A stretch of DNA of 64,000 bases. Source: Candidatus Hydrogenedentota bacterium (GTDB lineage: Bacteria; Hydrogenedentota; Hydrogenedentia; Hydrogenedentales; SLHB01). Shown here in pieces: positions 42,364-52,672 of the stretch; within the stretch, counting starts at the first letter, position 1; every line of letters begins with the position of its first letter. The notes beneath the pieces were generated by a model, which saw only the letters and a program-made list of their open reading frames with translations, searched no databases and was not told the DNA's origin. A program made the translations under genes and the position numbers. The stretch lies in NCBI GenBank assembly GCA_045863295.1, contig BTWA01000017.1, positions 1 to 64,000 of the forward strand. The letters run 5' to 3'.

Positions 42364-43212
42364 ATGGCGTTGGGACGCACCGGCTTCACGCAGTATGTAA
42401 AGGCCGCCTTTCTCTGGCATTGGAATCTGCTGGCGGTGGGCGCGGGCGTGGCGCTTGCCGTGCTTTCCGGCAAGCCGGATGTCGTTTTTCCACTGCTCAT
42501 GGCGGGTGAGATGCTTTACCTGGGCCTGTTGACCACGCGCCCCCGGTTTCAGAAAGCCATCGATGCGAGAACCGCCGCGGCCGTGGGATCGTCTCAGGAT
42601 GATCTCCGGTTGATGGCGGAGATCAAGAAGACCCTGCACCCCGAGGCCTGGTCTCGGTTTGAAGAGCTTCGCGCGCGCTGCCTGGCCTTGCAGAATCTGG
42701 CGGAGCAGATGCGTGGTTCTCAATCCGCGGAGCCGGTGCGCGTGCGCGAAATGCAGACCGAATCGCTGGAACGGCTCTTGTGGATGTTCTTGAAGCTAAT
42801 CTACAGCCATGAGGCGGTTCAACGGTTTCTGCGCACGACGAACCGGGACGCGCTTGTGGCGCAAATCTCCTCGGCGGAAAAGGAAATTCAGTCCGCCAAG
42901 GCGAAGAACCGTAGCGACAAGCTGATTCGATCCATCGAGGACAAGCTGGAAACGTTGAAGCAGCGTCTCACGAATTACGACAAGGCCGACGAAAATCGCG
43001 AACTGCTGGCAGCGGAAATCAATCGCATTGAACAAAAGGTAAACGCGATCAGCGAAATGTCCATCAGCGCCCGCGACGCATCCGACGTTTCAGCGCAGGT
43101 GGATGGAATTGCCGACGGCGTTTCAGTCACCGAGGCGGCGATACAAAAGCTGGACGTGATGCCGATCTTTGAGCGCCAGACTGCGCCAAAACTATTGAGT
43201 CAAAGCCACTAA
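42364..43212 (+). CDS. Two-TM coiled-coil hypothetical protein
   Basis: Two N-terminal hydrophobic helices, then a long heptad-rich region; operonic spacing. Confidence 0.75.
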   Translation: MALGRTGFTQYVKAAFLWHWNLLAVGAGVALAVLSGKPDVVFPLLMAGEMLYLGLLTTRPRFQKAIDARTAAAVGSSQDDLRLMAEIKKTLHPEAWSRFEELRARCLALQNLAEQMRGSQSAEPVRVREMQTESLERLLWMFLKLIYSHEAVQRFLRTTNRDALVAQISSAEKEIQSAKAKNRSDKLIRSIEDKLETLKQRLTNYDKADENRELLAAEINRIEQKVNAISEMSISARDASDVSAQVDGIADGVSVTEAAIQKLDVMPIFERQTAPKLLSQSH

Positions 43213-43243
43213 TCGTCAACACGCAAGAACAAAGGGACCTCTG

Positions 43244-45025
43244 ATGCCGGATACCGCCGCGCCACAGTGGGTGGATGATCTCAAGCAAGCCTATCTTTCC
43301 GGCGCCGCCAGCATGTTCATACTGCATGGAAACACCTCAGACCTTGTGGGAAGCGAACAGGGTGGTGAATACAACCTTGATCCGCTCTCCGACTATCTTG
43401 CGCAGCATCTCTTCGGCAGTTATGACATCGTCCTGCACTTCGATTTGGGGCGCGGCCTTCGGGCGCTGCCCGGCCGGGATCAACAACGCCTCGCGCGCAT
43501 GAATGCAGACATATCGAAAGTGCTCGGCGACAAAGGTGATTTGCCACGGGATCCGACACAAGCCATGCGCGTAATCGATCGACTGGCATCGCTCTTGATT
43601 GTGGGGGCGGAGAGCCGCACACGAAAGACGGCAGTGCTGTTCGATTACGCGGACATGATCTGTCCGCCGGACGGCCGTACCGATGAACACCTTGCCACCT
43701 TTCTGAATTGGGCGCGCAGCCCGGTCATTCGGCGGGTGAACTTGATCTTTATCTTGATGACCGAGAGCCTTGGATTGCTGCATCCCGCGTTGGTTCAGAG
43801 CGGCCACACGTACGAATTGCTCGTACCCATGCCGAACGAGGCGGAGCGGCGCGCGTTTATCGCGAAGCGGTTTCCACAGTCCGCCTCCGATGCGGATCGC
43901 CTGGCCATCTTGAGTTCGGGGTTGACCCTTACCAATCTCGATACCATGATGCGACGCGTCGCGCAGTCTGAGTCTGCGCCCATACCGGCATCGGCCGCGG
44001 CAGCCGATGTGGTCAAGCCCGATACCGCGCTGCAAGGCCCCGCGCCCATCAAGACACAAGCCACGAGCGATTCACGAATGCTGGAGATTAAGAAGTCGCT
44101 CATGGAAGCGCAATGCCCGGGGTTGTTCGAATTCATCAAACCGAATTTTACGCTCGATCTCGTCGCGGGCCACACCGCCGCGAAGGACCGGTTGACAAGC
44201 GACGCGCGGCTGATTCGCGAAGGCAAGCTGGATGCCGTGCCGATGGGGTATCTGCTTTGCGGCCCCGTTGGCGTTGGCAAGACGTTTCTCGCGTTGTGTT
44301 ACGCGGGCGAAGTCGGAATACCGTGTTTGTCGATCCGGAATTTTCGAAGCAAGTATGTAGGCGAAACCGAGGCTAATCTTGAGCGTATTCTGAGCGTAGT
44401 CCGTGAATTGGGCCCAGTGGCCGTAATCATTGACGAAGCGGATGCGGCCGTGGGCGATCGTTCCAACTCGGGCGATTCCGGCACCAGTTCTCGCGTGTTT
44501 GCCCAATTGGCCAGCCAGATGGGTGATACGCGTTATCGAGGCAAGATCATCTGGTTTCTGCTCACGTGCCGTCCGGATTTGCTGCCCATCGACCTGAAGC
44601 GGCAAGGGCGATGTGAAGAGCACATTCCGCTCTTCTATCCACAGACGCCGGACGAGCTAAAAGATATGTTCAGGGCCATGTCCAAAAAGGCCAAAGTGGC
44701 CTTGGATGACGCGACGCTTGACGAGATTGGAAAAATGCCGCCTCTGAGCGGAGCGGACATCGAGGGGATACTCATGCGCGCCCGGCGCGAATCCATCTTG
44801 AGCGGAAAACCGGTCGATGCAAACATCATCAAGGAAGTGATGAAGAGTTTTCGCAGTGTGAAAGGACCGGAGCACGAACTGCAATGGATTGCCGGGATTC
44901 TTGAGTGCACGGACACACGCTATCTTCCCGCCGACGTGCGCAAAGCCACCGAGAAAGAAGGCGGCTTCGAAGTCTTTGCCAAGCGGTTTCGCGAGTTGTC
45001 GGCGTTGGAACAGGCGGGCATGTAA
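43244..45025 (+). CDS. Classical-clade AAA+ ATPase with a degenerate N-terminal AAA-like module
   Basis: CGPVGVGKT, SKYVGETE pore loop, IIDEAD, KRQGR. Confidence 0.88.
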   Translation: MPDTAAPQWVDDLKQAYLSGAASMFILHGNTSDLVGSEQGGEYNLDPLSDYLAQHLFGSYDIVLHFDLGRGLRALPGRDQQRLARMNADISKVLGDKGDLPRDPTQAMRVIDRLASLLIVGAESRTRKTAVLFDYADMICPPDGRTDEHLATFLNWARSPVIRRVNLIFILMTESLGLLHPALVQSGHTYELLVPMPNEAERRAFIAKRFPQSASDADRLAILSSGLTLTNLDTMMRRVAQSESAPIPASAAAADVVKPDTALQGPAPIKTQATSDSRMLEIKKSLMEAQCPGLFEFIKPNFTLDLVAGHTAAKDRLTSDARLIREGKLDAVPMGYLLCGPVGVGKTFLALCYAGEVGIPCLSIRNFRSKYVGETEANLERILSVVRELGPVAVIIDEADAAVGDRSNSGDSGTSSRVFAQLASQMGDTRYRGKIIWFLLTCRPDLLPIDLKRQGRCEEHIPLFYPQTPDELKDMFRAMSKKAKVALDDATLDEIGKMPPLSGADIEGILMRARRESILSGKPVDANIIKEVMKSFRSVKGPEHELQWIAGILECTDTRYLPADVRKATEKEGGFEVFAKRFRELSALEQAGM

Positions 45026-45029
45026 CCAT

Positions 45030-46346
45030 TTACTTCGAGGATGCCTCCCACGGGGGATGCGTGTTAATGCCCGAGTGCAACATGGGGTATTTGCTGGACG
45101 GATCTCTTAGTAGTGGTACCACTTTGCCTGACAACTGTTCGTCAAAAAACCCCCCTACCAAATCAGTCAATAGCGCCAGCAGAGTCATGCCACTTACACT
45201 ACCTACCATGTCTTGGGTAATGACAAACGGGTACAGCGGTTGGAATAGAGCGAGATCCACGGAGAATCCCATATGCTCCAACCCATCAACCTGAAACGAA
45301 TAAAATGTGGACGCGTTTTCCCGCACCGCGGCTGGGCAGTTGCGCTCGTCCCAATTAGCCCAGTATTCGCTCAGGGTGATACCCCGTTCCGCGAGATACT
45401 CCGGTGGCGGCGGTTCTGACTTATCCGACACCAGCGCAAAGCCACCGGTGACCCCTTGATCCAGGATGGGTTGGAAAACAGATGTGCCGTCCATGTTCAG
45501 ACCCGCACGAATACGCGAATCCAGTGTCATGGCTGCCGCTGCATTTTGCCCGCCAAAGGAGTGTCCGAACGCACCGAGCCGAGCAAAATCAAAGAGCCCT
45601 TTCAGCGGTCCATCCTCCGAGGCGCGCTTTGTTGCTTCGTCAATCGCCGTTACCGCGTCCTCCGCCCAAACGCGCGACACCTCTTGTTTTGCCTTGTCCC
45701 TCGTTGCTTCTTCTCCTTCCCACATTGCGCCGTAGCCTTCGAAGGATGACTCGACAATGCGGCCATCGGCAAACAAGGTGCGTGACGTTGTATATGGATG
45801 CCAAAGGGCCAGAATTACATAGCCCCGGCTGGTCAAGTGTTCCAATAAGCTTGTGTAGAAGACTGGCGGACCGTCTATGCCGGGTGAAAACACCAGTACC
45901 GGATACGGGGCGCCACTCGGATCTGGTTTGGCGTTGGCTACCCAGTTGGGCGAAATGATGTCTGTTGCGATTGCCGGCACCCCGGTCACGCCTGAGGCAA
46001 TCACGGAATCCAAATACGGTCCGGGTTCGGCGTCTGTCGCGACAGCGGGGTAGTAGACATCGACACGAATCTCTCTGTGATCGGCCTCGTCAACGGTAAA
46101 AAGTTCAGGCCGATCCATGTCGACGACGTCCCACGTTGTCCGCCCAACGGCGAAGGGCCCATCCGGAGCGGGTAGGTGTAATCCTCCGCCGGCAATGAAC
46201 CTGATCGGCTTTTGTGCAAGGATTGCCAGGGATGCGATGCCTACAACGGACAACGCGGCAACGATCATTCCGATCCGGCGTAGCCGGGGGCCTCGAAGGA
46301 GTGGTGATTCAGGTGCGGCGCTCTGGTTTTCGAGTCTGCTTTGCAT
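45030..46346 (-). CDS. Alpha/beta hydrolase (PAF-acetylhydrolase-like), start uncertain
   Basis: LPAPDGPFAVG, YPVLVFSPG, GHSFGG, NMDG. Confidence 0.85.
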   Translation of the reverse strand: MQSRLENQSAAPESPLLRGPRLRRIGMIVAALSVVGIASLAILAQKPIRFIAGGGLHLPAPDGPFAVGRTTWDVVDMDRPELFTVDEADHREIRVDVYYPAVATDAEPGPYLDSVIASGVTGVPAIATDIISPNWVANAKPDPSGAPYPVLVFSPGIDGPPVFYTSLLEHLTSRGYVILALWHPYTTSRTLFADGRIVESSFEGYGAMWEGEEATRDKAKQEVSRVWAEDAVTAIDEATKRASEDGPLKGLFDFARLGAFGHSFGGQNAAAAMTLDSRIRAGLNMDGTSVFQPILDQGVTGGFALVSDKSEPPPPEYLAERGITLSEYWANWDERNCPAAVRENASTFYSFQVDGLEHMGFSVDLALFQPLYPFVITQDMVGSVSGMTLLALLTDLVGGFFDEQLSGKVVPLLRDPSSKYPMLHSGINTHPPWEASSK

Positions 46347-46662
46347 TAGCGATGGCCTCCTTCGCCCATTCGGTAAATTGCCCGTCGTCTTCGAGCACAT
46401 CGGCAGGCACTTCATAGTACCGCCGCACGTCTACGCGCCGCGTCTTGGTGTTGTATGCGAAGCAACCGCTTCCCATGGCTTCGTATTTTGGGCGAGTCGT
46501 GTCGTCGACCACGAAATACAGCACGCCAGAGATAATCATGGCAAATTGTACGCCATCAGCGGAAAGGCCGATGCCGCCGAACAAGCGCCCGCTTGAAATG
46601 CCCTTGAAACCGGCCAGCCGATCCAATACATACTCGAGAAAGGCGTTGGATGACGAAGTCAT
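46309..46662 (-). CDS. TfoX/Sxy N-terminal domain protein
   Basis: RLFGGIGL...FAMI...YYEVPADVLED. Confidence 0.85.
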   Translation of the reverse strand: MTSSSNAFLEYVLDRLAGFKGISSGRLFGGIGLSADGVQFAMIISGVLYFVVDDTTRPKYEAMGSGCFAYNTKTRRVDVRRYYEVPADVLEDDGQFTEWAKEAIANAKQTRKPERRT

Positions 46663-47057
46663 GATTCGGACTCCAGAACGCGTTTTAATCCCGCCAGATC
46701 AGTGGCAACCATCGCTGTATCCTTGTCAAACTGTTCGTCGTTCATGTCCGGCAGCCGAAATACCGTGAAAATGACCACGCTCGAACCTACTTGGGGCTCC
46801 AGTACACGCATGGGGACATACACCGTGAGGTCCGCGTCCACTGTGACCCAATGATCCAAAATCCTGTGACTGTTTACCTGCGAAAAGCGGATTCGCACAA
46901 CACCCTCCGGCGTCGTAGCGGTCCAAGCGTCACCATCGGGCCTCATGTCCTTGATAAATTGGCTCCACGCCGGGAAATTGGGTGGATGGGCTAGGTAGGC
47001 ATACACCCTATCCGCTGGCTGCCGGATAGAGACGCTAACCGTGCGACACTCATTCAT
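46659..47057 (-). CDS. SRPBCC/polyketide cyclase family protein
   Basis: VYAYLAHPPNFPAW, VYVPMRV, DLAGLKRVLE. Confidence 0.78.
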   Translation of the reverse strand: MNECRTVSVSIRQPADRVYAYLAHPPNFPAWSQFIKDMRPDGDAWTATTPEGVVRIRFSQVNSHRILDHWVTVDADLTVYVPMRVLEPQVGSSVVIFTVFRLPDMNDEQFDKDTAMVATDLAGLKRVLESES

Positions 47058-47602
47058 ACCGTTTGCTTTCCGTACTTTGCTGCCAGGCGCCGCACCGTAT
47101 TCATACCGCGAAAGGTTGCCTTGGTCTTTGTGATGCGTTCGAAAGCGGCATTCGAAAAGGTTGAGTCGCTTTGTTTCGTTTTGCAGACCCAGTATATCTC
47201 CGTGCCATGGACATGGAAATAGTCGCTGTCCGTTTTCAATGCCAGTATCGCTTTAGTGGATTCGAGCGATAAGGGTTCGGCCAGAAATCCGACAACGAAG
47301 GCCGTGGCGGAAGCCAAGATCTTTTTGCTGGCAGGCTCGTATGTTGCGATGGCCGCAATTTCGGCATCCGTGCGCAGAAACGTACTTACCTCATAGCCCA
47401 GCGCGGCTTTCAGATGGACCTCAATCGCCTTTGCCAAGGCAGCGGTGTTTTTACTTCTGGATTCGAAAATGACGTTGCCACTGGCAATGAAGGTTTCCAC
47501 TTTGGAATGACCCAGTTCTTCGAAAAGGGTTCGTAGGCGATCCATGGTGACAGTATGGCCGCCCACGTTTATGGCACGGAGAAACGCGATATACCGGATC
47601 AC
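47054..47602 (-). CDS. DUF1697 family protein
   Basis: YIAFLRAINVGG, TFIASGNV. Confidence 0.88.
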   Translation of the reverse strand: MIRYIAFLRAINVGGHTVTMDRLRTLFEELGHSKVETFIASGNVIFESRSKNTAALAKAIEVHLKAALGYEVSTFLRTDAEIAAIATYEPASKKILASATAFVVGFLAEPLSLESTKAILALKTDSDYFHVHGTEIYWVCKTKQSDSTFSNAAFERITKTKATFRGMNTVRRLAAKYGKQTV

Positions 47603-47764
47603 GGTTTTTCCCTTCGCGGCGATATTCTTTGATCGGCCCTATTGTACATGCCGGACCTTCCTCATGAAGAGCTTACACGTTTTGAATACAATGATGCTGT
47701 GCAGGCCCGATGCGGCGGGGATCGGAATTGGGATGGGGCGATGCTTAAAACCGGGAGACTGGCA

Positions 47765-48694
47765 ATGGCTAATGGAATGACACGCAGACAGTTGTTGATG
47801 GCAGGGGCTGTGGCAGGAGTGGCCGGGCAGGCATCCCGCGCCGACGCCGCGCTCCATACACGATCGAAGCGGGGCCGGGCGCTGCGGTTTGCACATTTGA
47901 CCGATGTGCATGTGCAACCCGAGTTGGCGGGCGGGGAAGGGTTCGCGGCGTGCCTCCATCACGTGCAGAACCAAAAAGACGCGCCTGAACTCCTTGTCTT
48001 CGGCGGTGACAATGTTATGAACGTAGACAGTGAAGATGGAGCCGCGCGCGCGGACGTGCAACTCAATCTCTGGAACAGCGTGTTGAAGTCCGAATGTTCG
48101 CTGCCGCACAAAGTAGCCATCGGGAATCATGACATTCTTCATAACCATCCGGTAGACGGAAAGCAATGGGCCGTCGATGCGTACGGCTTGCCGGGAAGGT
48201 GCTACGTGTACGACCAGGCCGGCTGGCGGTTCATTTTTTTGGATGGGGTTATGCCCCAAGTCACCGGATACATTGGCAAATTGGACGACGCCCAGTTCGA
48301 ATGGCTGGGCGACCGCCTGAAAGAGGCCGGGAATACGCCCGTATGTATCGTCAGTCACATTCCGATACTCGCGGTGTGCACCTATTTATGTTTGAAAGAA
48401 CCGCCGCAAGGAGACTGGCAGACTCCTGCTTCGTGGATGCATGTGGACGCGCACCGGATTAAGGATTTGTTCAACAAGCACAAGAACGTCAAGTTGTGTC
48501 TTTCCGGCCACATGCACATGGCCGACAGCCTTACGTATCTTGGGACGACTTACACGTGCAACGGCGCGGTTTCCGGCGGCTGGTGGAAGGGCGCGTATTT
48601 TGAATTCGATCCCGGATATGCACTGGTGGACCTATACGACGACGGCGAAGTGGCGGTGGAATTTGTAAACTATGGTTGGACGGCGAAAGCGTAA
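47765..48694 (+). CDS. Tat-exported metallophosphoesterase
   Basis: TRRQLL Tat motif; TDVH, GGD, GNHD, GHMH. Confidence 0.88.
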   Translation: MANGMTRRQLLMAGAVAGVAGQASRADAALHTRSKRGRALRFAHLTDVHVQPELAGGEGFAACLHHVQNQKDAPELLVFGGDNVMNVDSEDGAARADVQLNLWNSVLKSECSLPHKVAIGNHDILHNHPVDGKQWAVDAYGLPGRCYVYDQAGWRFIFLDGVMPQVTGYIGKLDDAQFEWLGDRLKEAGNTPVCIVSHIPILAVCTYLCLKEPPQGDWQTPASWMHVDAHRIKDLFNKHKNVKLCLSGHMHMADSLTYLGTTYTCNGAVSGGWWKGAYFEFDPGYALVDLYDDGEVAVEFVNYGWTAKA

Positions 48695-48736
48695 CATCGC
48701 CTCTGATGCGGCGATTACTCAAGGTACTTGAGACAC

Positions 48737-49519
48737 ATGGACATCCTCGCACACAATCGCAAGGCGTGGAACGCGCAGGCGGAATCCGGCAATCCGTGGA
48801 CGTTGCCGGTGGATCGTGGTGTGATTCAGCGCGCCCGATGCGGGGACTGGCAGGTGATTCTCACTCCAAACAAACCCGTACCGAGGGAATGGTTCGGGTC
48901 TTTGGCAGGGTGCGATCTGCTCTGCCTGGCTTCGGGCGGAGGTCAACAAGCCCCTGTGCTCGCGGCGGCCGGTGCGCGCGTTACGAGCTTTGACAATTCC
49001 GATGCGCAACTGGAGCGGGATCGCGCGGTCGCGGATCGAGACGTCATTGCGCTGCGCACGATCCAGGGGGATATGGCGGACTTGTCGGCCCTGTCCGATT
49101 GCTCATTCGATGTGATCTTTCATCCCGTGGCGAATTTGTTCGTGCCCGATGTGAAGCCGGTATGGAGAGAGTGCCACCGTGTGCTCCGGCCGGGGGGACG
49201 ATTACTCTCCGGCTTCATGAATCCCGCCTGGTTTCTTTTCGATCATTTTGCTATTGAAAAGGGCGGGCCCTTGGAGGTGCGCTACCGGCTGCCTTATTCG
49301 GATGCCGAACATTACGATGAACTTGAGAAGCGCGGTGTACTGAATGAAAAGACGCCGGTGGAGTTTGGACATACCTTGACAGACTTAATTGGAGGTCAAC
49401 TCGCCGCTGGATTACTAATCGAAGACATGTTTGAAGACGATTGGGAAACCGCAGTAACACCGTTGAACGATTACATGCCGTTTTTCATTGCCACGTTGGC
49501 GAAAAAGTTTGCCTCCTGA
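48737..49519 (+). CDS. Class I SAM-dependent methyltransferase
   Basis: LCLASGGGQQ, RVLRPGG. Confidence 0.88.
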   Translation: MDILAHNRKAWNAQAESGNPWTLPVDRGVIQRARCGDWQVILTPNKPVPREWFGSLAGCDLLCLASGGGQQAPVLAAAGARVTSFDNSDAQLERDRAVADRDVIALRTIQGDMADLSALSDCSFDVIFHPVANLFVPDVKPVWRECHRVLRPGGRLLSGFMNPAWFLFDHFAIEKGGPLEVRYRLPYSDAEHYDELEKRGVLNEKTPVEFGHTLTDLIGGQLAAGLLIEDMFEDDWETAVTPLNDYMPFFIATLAKKFAS

Positions 49520-49562
49520 GCCCACCGGGATTTCCTTCAGTGGAAAGCAGTTGGATTTTCGA

Positions 49563-50504
49563 TTACCGAATGGCCGAGTCATACGGCTTGCCGTTGCCGT
49601 CCGTGCGCTGCCAAACCGGCGCTTTCTCAGGAGACGTGAGAATATCGTAGCGGTGGGGGCGGCGGTAGGCGTTTCCATGGATGGTCTTTTCCCGTCTCGC
49701 GCGCAAGCTGTCCAGATCGATCACGGCAAGAAAGAGCCCTTCTTCCTCGCCTGCAGATACAAGGCACGCTCCGGATTGGTCAAAGGCCACGGAATGGCCG
49801 TTGTTTTGAGGTGAAGGGTAGTTTGTCATGGCCACCACCATACAATTTTCCCACGCGCGAATCTTGAACTGATCCAATCTCAGTTCTTCCAAGCCGCACG
49901 CGTTGGGCGTCAAGACGACCTCCGCGCCCTGCAACATAAGGGTCCGCGCACTCTCCGGTTGCTCTCGATCGAAGCAAATCATCGCGCCTACCTGCACTGG
50001 ACCGGCCTTGGTATCAAGCTTGCCGGTGCAAAACCGGTCGCCTGGCGTCATGCTCGCCTCCATGGGTTTGAAGTCGCTTGTATGCACCTTGGCATACGTG
50101 AATACTTCCTTGCCGTGCCGGTCGAACACTGTGACGGCATTGCGGGGTAAAGGCTCATAGGCCTGCAGGTAGGTAACCGCGATGGCCATGTTCAACTCCT
50201 TGGCGAGTTTGGCGAAGCGTTGAATTTGCGGGCTGCTGGTGGCCAGCGCTAGCTTATAGAATTCCTCGCGAGCATTGGGTTTTTCCGGGTCGAACCGGGT
50301 GTAACCGATGCTCCACATCTCCGGCATAAGGGCAATGTCCGCGCCCTTGGCGGCGGCATCGCGGCACCAGGCTTCGGCCTTGTCCAGATTAGCCGGCACG
50401 TTGTCCCGGTCAGGCAACATTTGCAGCAGGGCCACCGTGATTGTGTGCGCGGCTGCATTGCATGAGAAGAGCACCGCACATAGAATCGCCCAATGCCATC
50501 GCAT
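49563..50504 (-). CDS. Carbon-nitrogen hydrolase (nitrilase superfamily) with signal peptide
   Basis: E-K-C triad: MPEMW, AKVH, MICFDRE. Confidence 0.88.
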   Translation of the reverse strand: MRWHWAILCAVLFSCNAAAHTITVALLQMLPDRDNVPANLDKAEAWCRDAAAKGADIALMPEMWSIGYTRFDPEKPNAREEFYKLALATSSPQIQRFAKLAKELNMAIAVTYLQAYEPLPRNAVTVFDRHGKEVFTYAKVHTSDFKPMEASMTPGDRFCTGKLDTKAGPVQVGAMICFDREQPESARTLMLQGAEVVLTPNACGLEELRLDQFKIRAWENCMVVAMTNYPSPQNNGHSVAFDQSGACLVSAGEEEGLFLAVIDLDSLRARREKTIHGNAYRRPHRYDILTSPEKAPVWQRTDGNGKPYDSAIR

Positions 50505-50528
50505 GGCCTGTCAACCTCCCTGCAAAGG

Positions 50529-50909
50529 CTATGGTTTTAACACGGTTTGCTTGCCGTCGGCCTCAGTCAACGTAATGGAACTGCCTTTGTCGCGCTTGGC
50601 AAGCATGTGAACCCCCGGCTCTGTTTCCTCGTTCATCAGGGCAAGGCCTGACCCGTCTTCGTTTGCGCCGATTTTCATGCGCACGGTGCCTTTGGAATCG
50701 CGCATGCGGAACACCGCTTCGCCGCTGTCCTCGACCTTCAGTTGCGCGCGCACGGTGCCATCCGGTGCAACCAATTCAATGGTCTGCGCGCGCAACACCT
50801 CGGGATCGAATTTCGCCTTGGCGGCTGCGGCGCCGCCTTGGAAGAAGGTCGCGGCGAACACAGCGATATTCAACGCGGTCACGGCAATCGGGAGTGAATA
50901 AACCTTCAT
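50529..50909 (-). CDS. Hypothetical exported beta-strand repeat protein
   Basis: GGAGG RBS, N-terminal TM, repeated DxxGxVR. Confidence 0.65.
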   Translation of the reverse strand: MKVYSLPIAVTALNIAVFAATFFQGGAAAAKAKFDPEVLRAQTIELVAPDGTVRAQLKVEDSGEAVFRMRDSKGTVRMKIGANEDGSGLALMNEETEPGVHMLAKRDKGSSITLTEADGKQTVLKP

Positions 50910-50960
50910 GGGAGCCTCCTTTTCGTGTCGATTCACGGAATCGATACGCAACCGGATACG

Positions 50961-51410
50961 CTATTCAAGTTTTTTCACGAAGTAATACTTGGCGTTGCCA
51001 TGGGAGTCCCAGTCGTCCAGCTTTCCCGCGACGGCATAGCCGAACTTTTCATAGAAACCCGGAGCCTGGTTCTCCATGGTGTCAACATACACATACCTGC
51101 AATCGCGGGCCTTCGCCAACTCCTCGGCCTTTGCAAGCAGCGCCGAACCCACTCCCTTTTTGCGCCAGCTTTCGTGAACGATCATGACATCCAGCCGGAG
51201 CCACGAGAATTGCGTATCGGCAAAAATCGCGCCGATGGCCGCGCCCGTCTCGTCAAACGCGAACAAGTTCAATGGTTGCGGTTCGTTCGTGGAATCGTCG
51301 CGCTTGCGCCAGTATTCCGGATTGACCGCGTGGTTGTATTGCCGGAACATCGAATACATTTTTTCCCGTAAATCACCGTCGGGGCGATCAATGGTTTCGA
51401 TGTGCAGCAT
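50961..51410 (-). CDS. GNAT family N-acetyltransferase
   Basis: WRKKGVGSALL, QAPGFYEKFGY. Confidence 0.88.
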   Translation of the reverse strand: MLHIETIDRPDGDLREKMYSMFRQYNHAVNPEYWRKRDDSTNEPQPLNLFAFDETGAAIGAIFADTQFSWLRLDVMIVHESWRKKGVGSALLAKAEELAKARDCRYVYVDTMENQAPGFYEKFGYAVAGKLDDWDSHGNAKYYFVKKLE

Positions 51411-51419
51411 GCGCGCTCC

Positions 51420-52499
51420 CTACTCCTTGGGCGGCCAGTTCGTGATAGCCTCCTCGCGAAATACCGAGTGCATAATCGTTGTTCGCCGGTTGGCCGTATA
51501 TATGATGTGAATTAATCCGTCTTTGGTTTGAATCGCGTAGGGATAAGCGAAGGTATTTTCCCCACCGCCAATGTGGCGCTTATAAGGCCACGTTTTGTCC
51601 CCGTCCGTGGAAACGGTAACCGTCAAAGGGGTTCGGTCATTCATGTTGTCGTTGTATACGAGCAGGAGGTGGCCATTCTGCAACTTGATGAAATCCACGG
51701 CGGAGTTGGGGTTCAGAAACTGGGATTTCACGGCGTCCGACCACGTGTTTCCGCCGTCATGCGATTCAGACTTCAACGTGTATCCGTCCTCCGTGGGAAG
51801 GAAATTGCCGCCGCGACGGATGTACGCAATGAGGTGGGTATCGGTCATTTGCACGACCTGGGCCTGCAGATTGCCCATTTCCGATTTGATGCGGCCGGTC
51901 TCGGTCCACACTTTTGTCTGCGGATTGTAGCGGAGAAAGTATGACATGGTGGAAGAGATCGTGCCTTCGCGGTCCTCACCGGTTTCGTGATAGACCGGTA
52001 GCAAATACTCGCCGTTGTTCAACACAATCGGCTGGCCTCGCACCATGCTTCCCTCTTCGAACAGCAACATCCAGGAATCTGTCCAGGTCTGCGCGCCGTC
52101 GTAGGACTTCTTCGCCATCACCCGCGCATTGGACCATGTCGGACCGTATAAGTTGTTGTAGAAGAGCCACACCGTACCGTCGGGCCCTTGCCACACGACG
52201 GGGTTTCCCTCGCCATGGTCGGGCGTGTCCGCGATGACCACCGGCGTACTCCACTGGGTTGTGCCTTTGACCAAGCGCATGCCGTAGACGGCCGTATCGT
52301 CTCCGTACTCGTCCGATCCGCCGTAATACGCTATGTACAGATCGCCGTTGTCGAGTTCGGTGATCGACGCGGGATGCTTGTACAATCCGGGAAATTCCGA
52401 GCCGATTACCCGGTAGGTTTCGACATTGGTCACCGGATTGCGATCGACCGGAGTCAAATTGGCGGCCCCGATGGCCAGCATTAGACACACGAAGGACAT
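51420..52499 (-). CDS. Sialidase/BNR (Asp-box) beta-propeller protein
   Basis: Asp-boxes SYDGAQTW, SHDGGNTW, STDGDKTW; NPNSA; AYPY. Confidence 0.85.
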   Translation of the reverse strand: MSFVCLMLAIGAANLTPVDRNPVTNVETYRVIGSEFPGLYKHPASITELDNGDLYIAYYGGSDEYGDDTAVYGMRLVKGTTQWSTPVVIADTPDHGEGNPVVWQGPDGTVWLFYNNLYGPTWSNARVMAKKSYDGAQTWTDSWMLLFEEGSMVRGQPIVLNNGEYLLPVYHETGEDREGTISSTMSYFLRYNPQTKVWTETGRIKSEMGNLQAQVVQMTDTHLIAYIRRGGNFLPTEDGYTLKSESHDGGNTWSDAVKSQFLNPNSAVDFIKLQNGHLLLVYNDNMNDRTPLTVTVSTDGDKTWPYKRHIGGGENTFAYPYAIQTKDGLIHIIYTANRRTTIMHSVFREEAITNWPPKE

Positions 52500-52672
52500 G
52501 GATGCACCTCCCAGTTTGCGAAGGCCCTATCGATGGGCCGCCTTCATCAATCCCAAGTTTCGCCATCGTAACATGGACATACCTACGATTTCCCTCGGTT
52601 GGGGCAATGGGTCAGAATGGCCCGTTACGTTGAGAACACAGACAGGGCGGGCTAGCGGCGTTGTCTGATCTT

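Noticed and set aside
37534..42500. Long minus-strand ORFs 37534..38586, 39318..40403 and 41274..42500
   Set aside because: Antisense shadows of well-supported plus-strand genes in GC-rich DNA, with no motifs.
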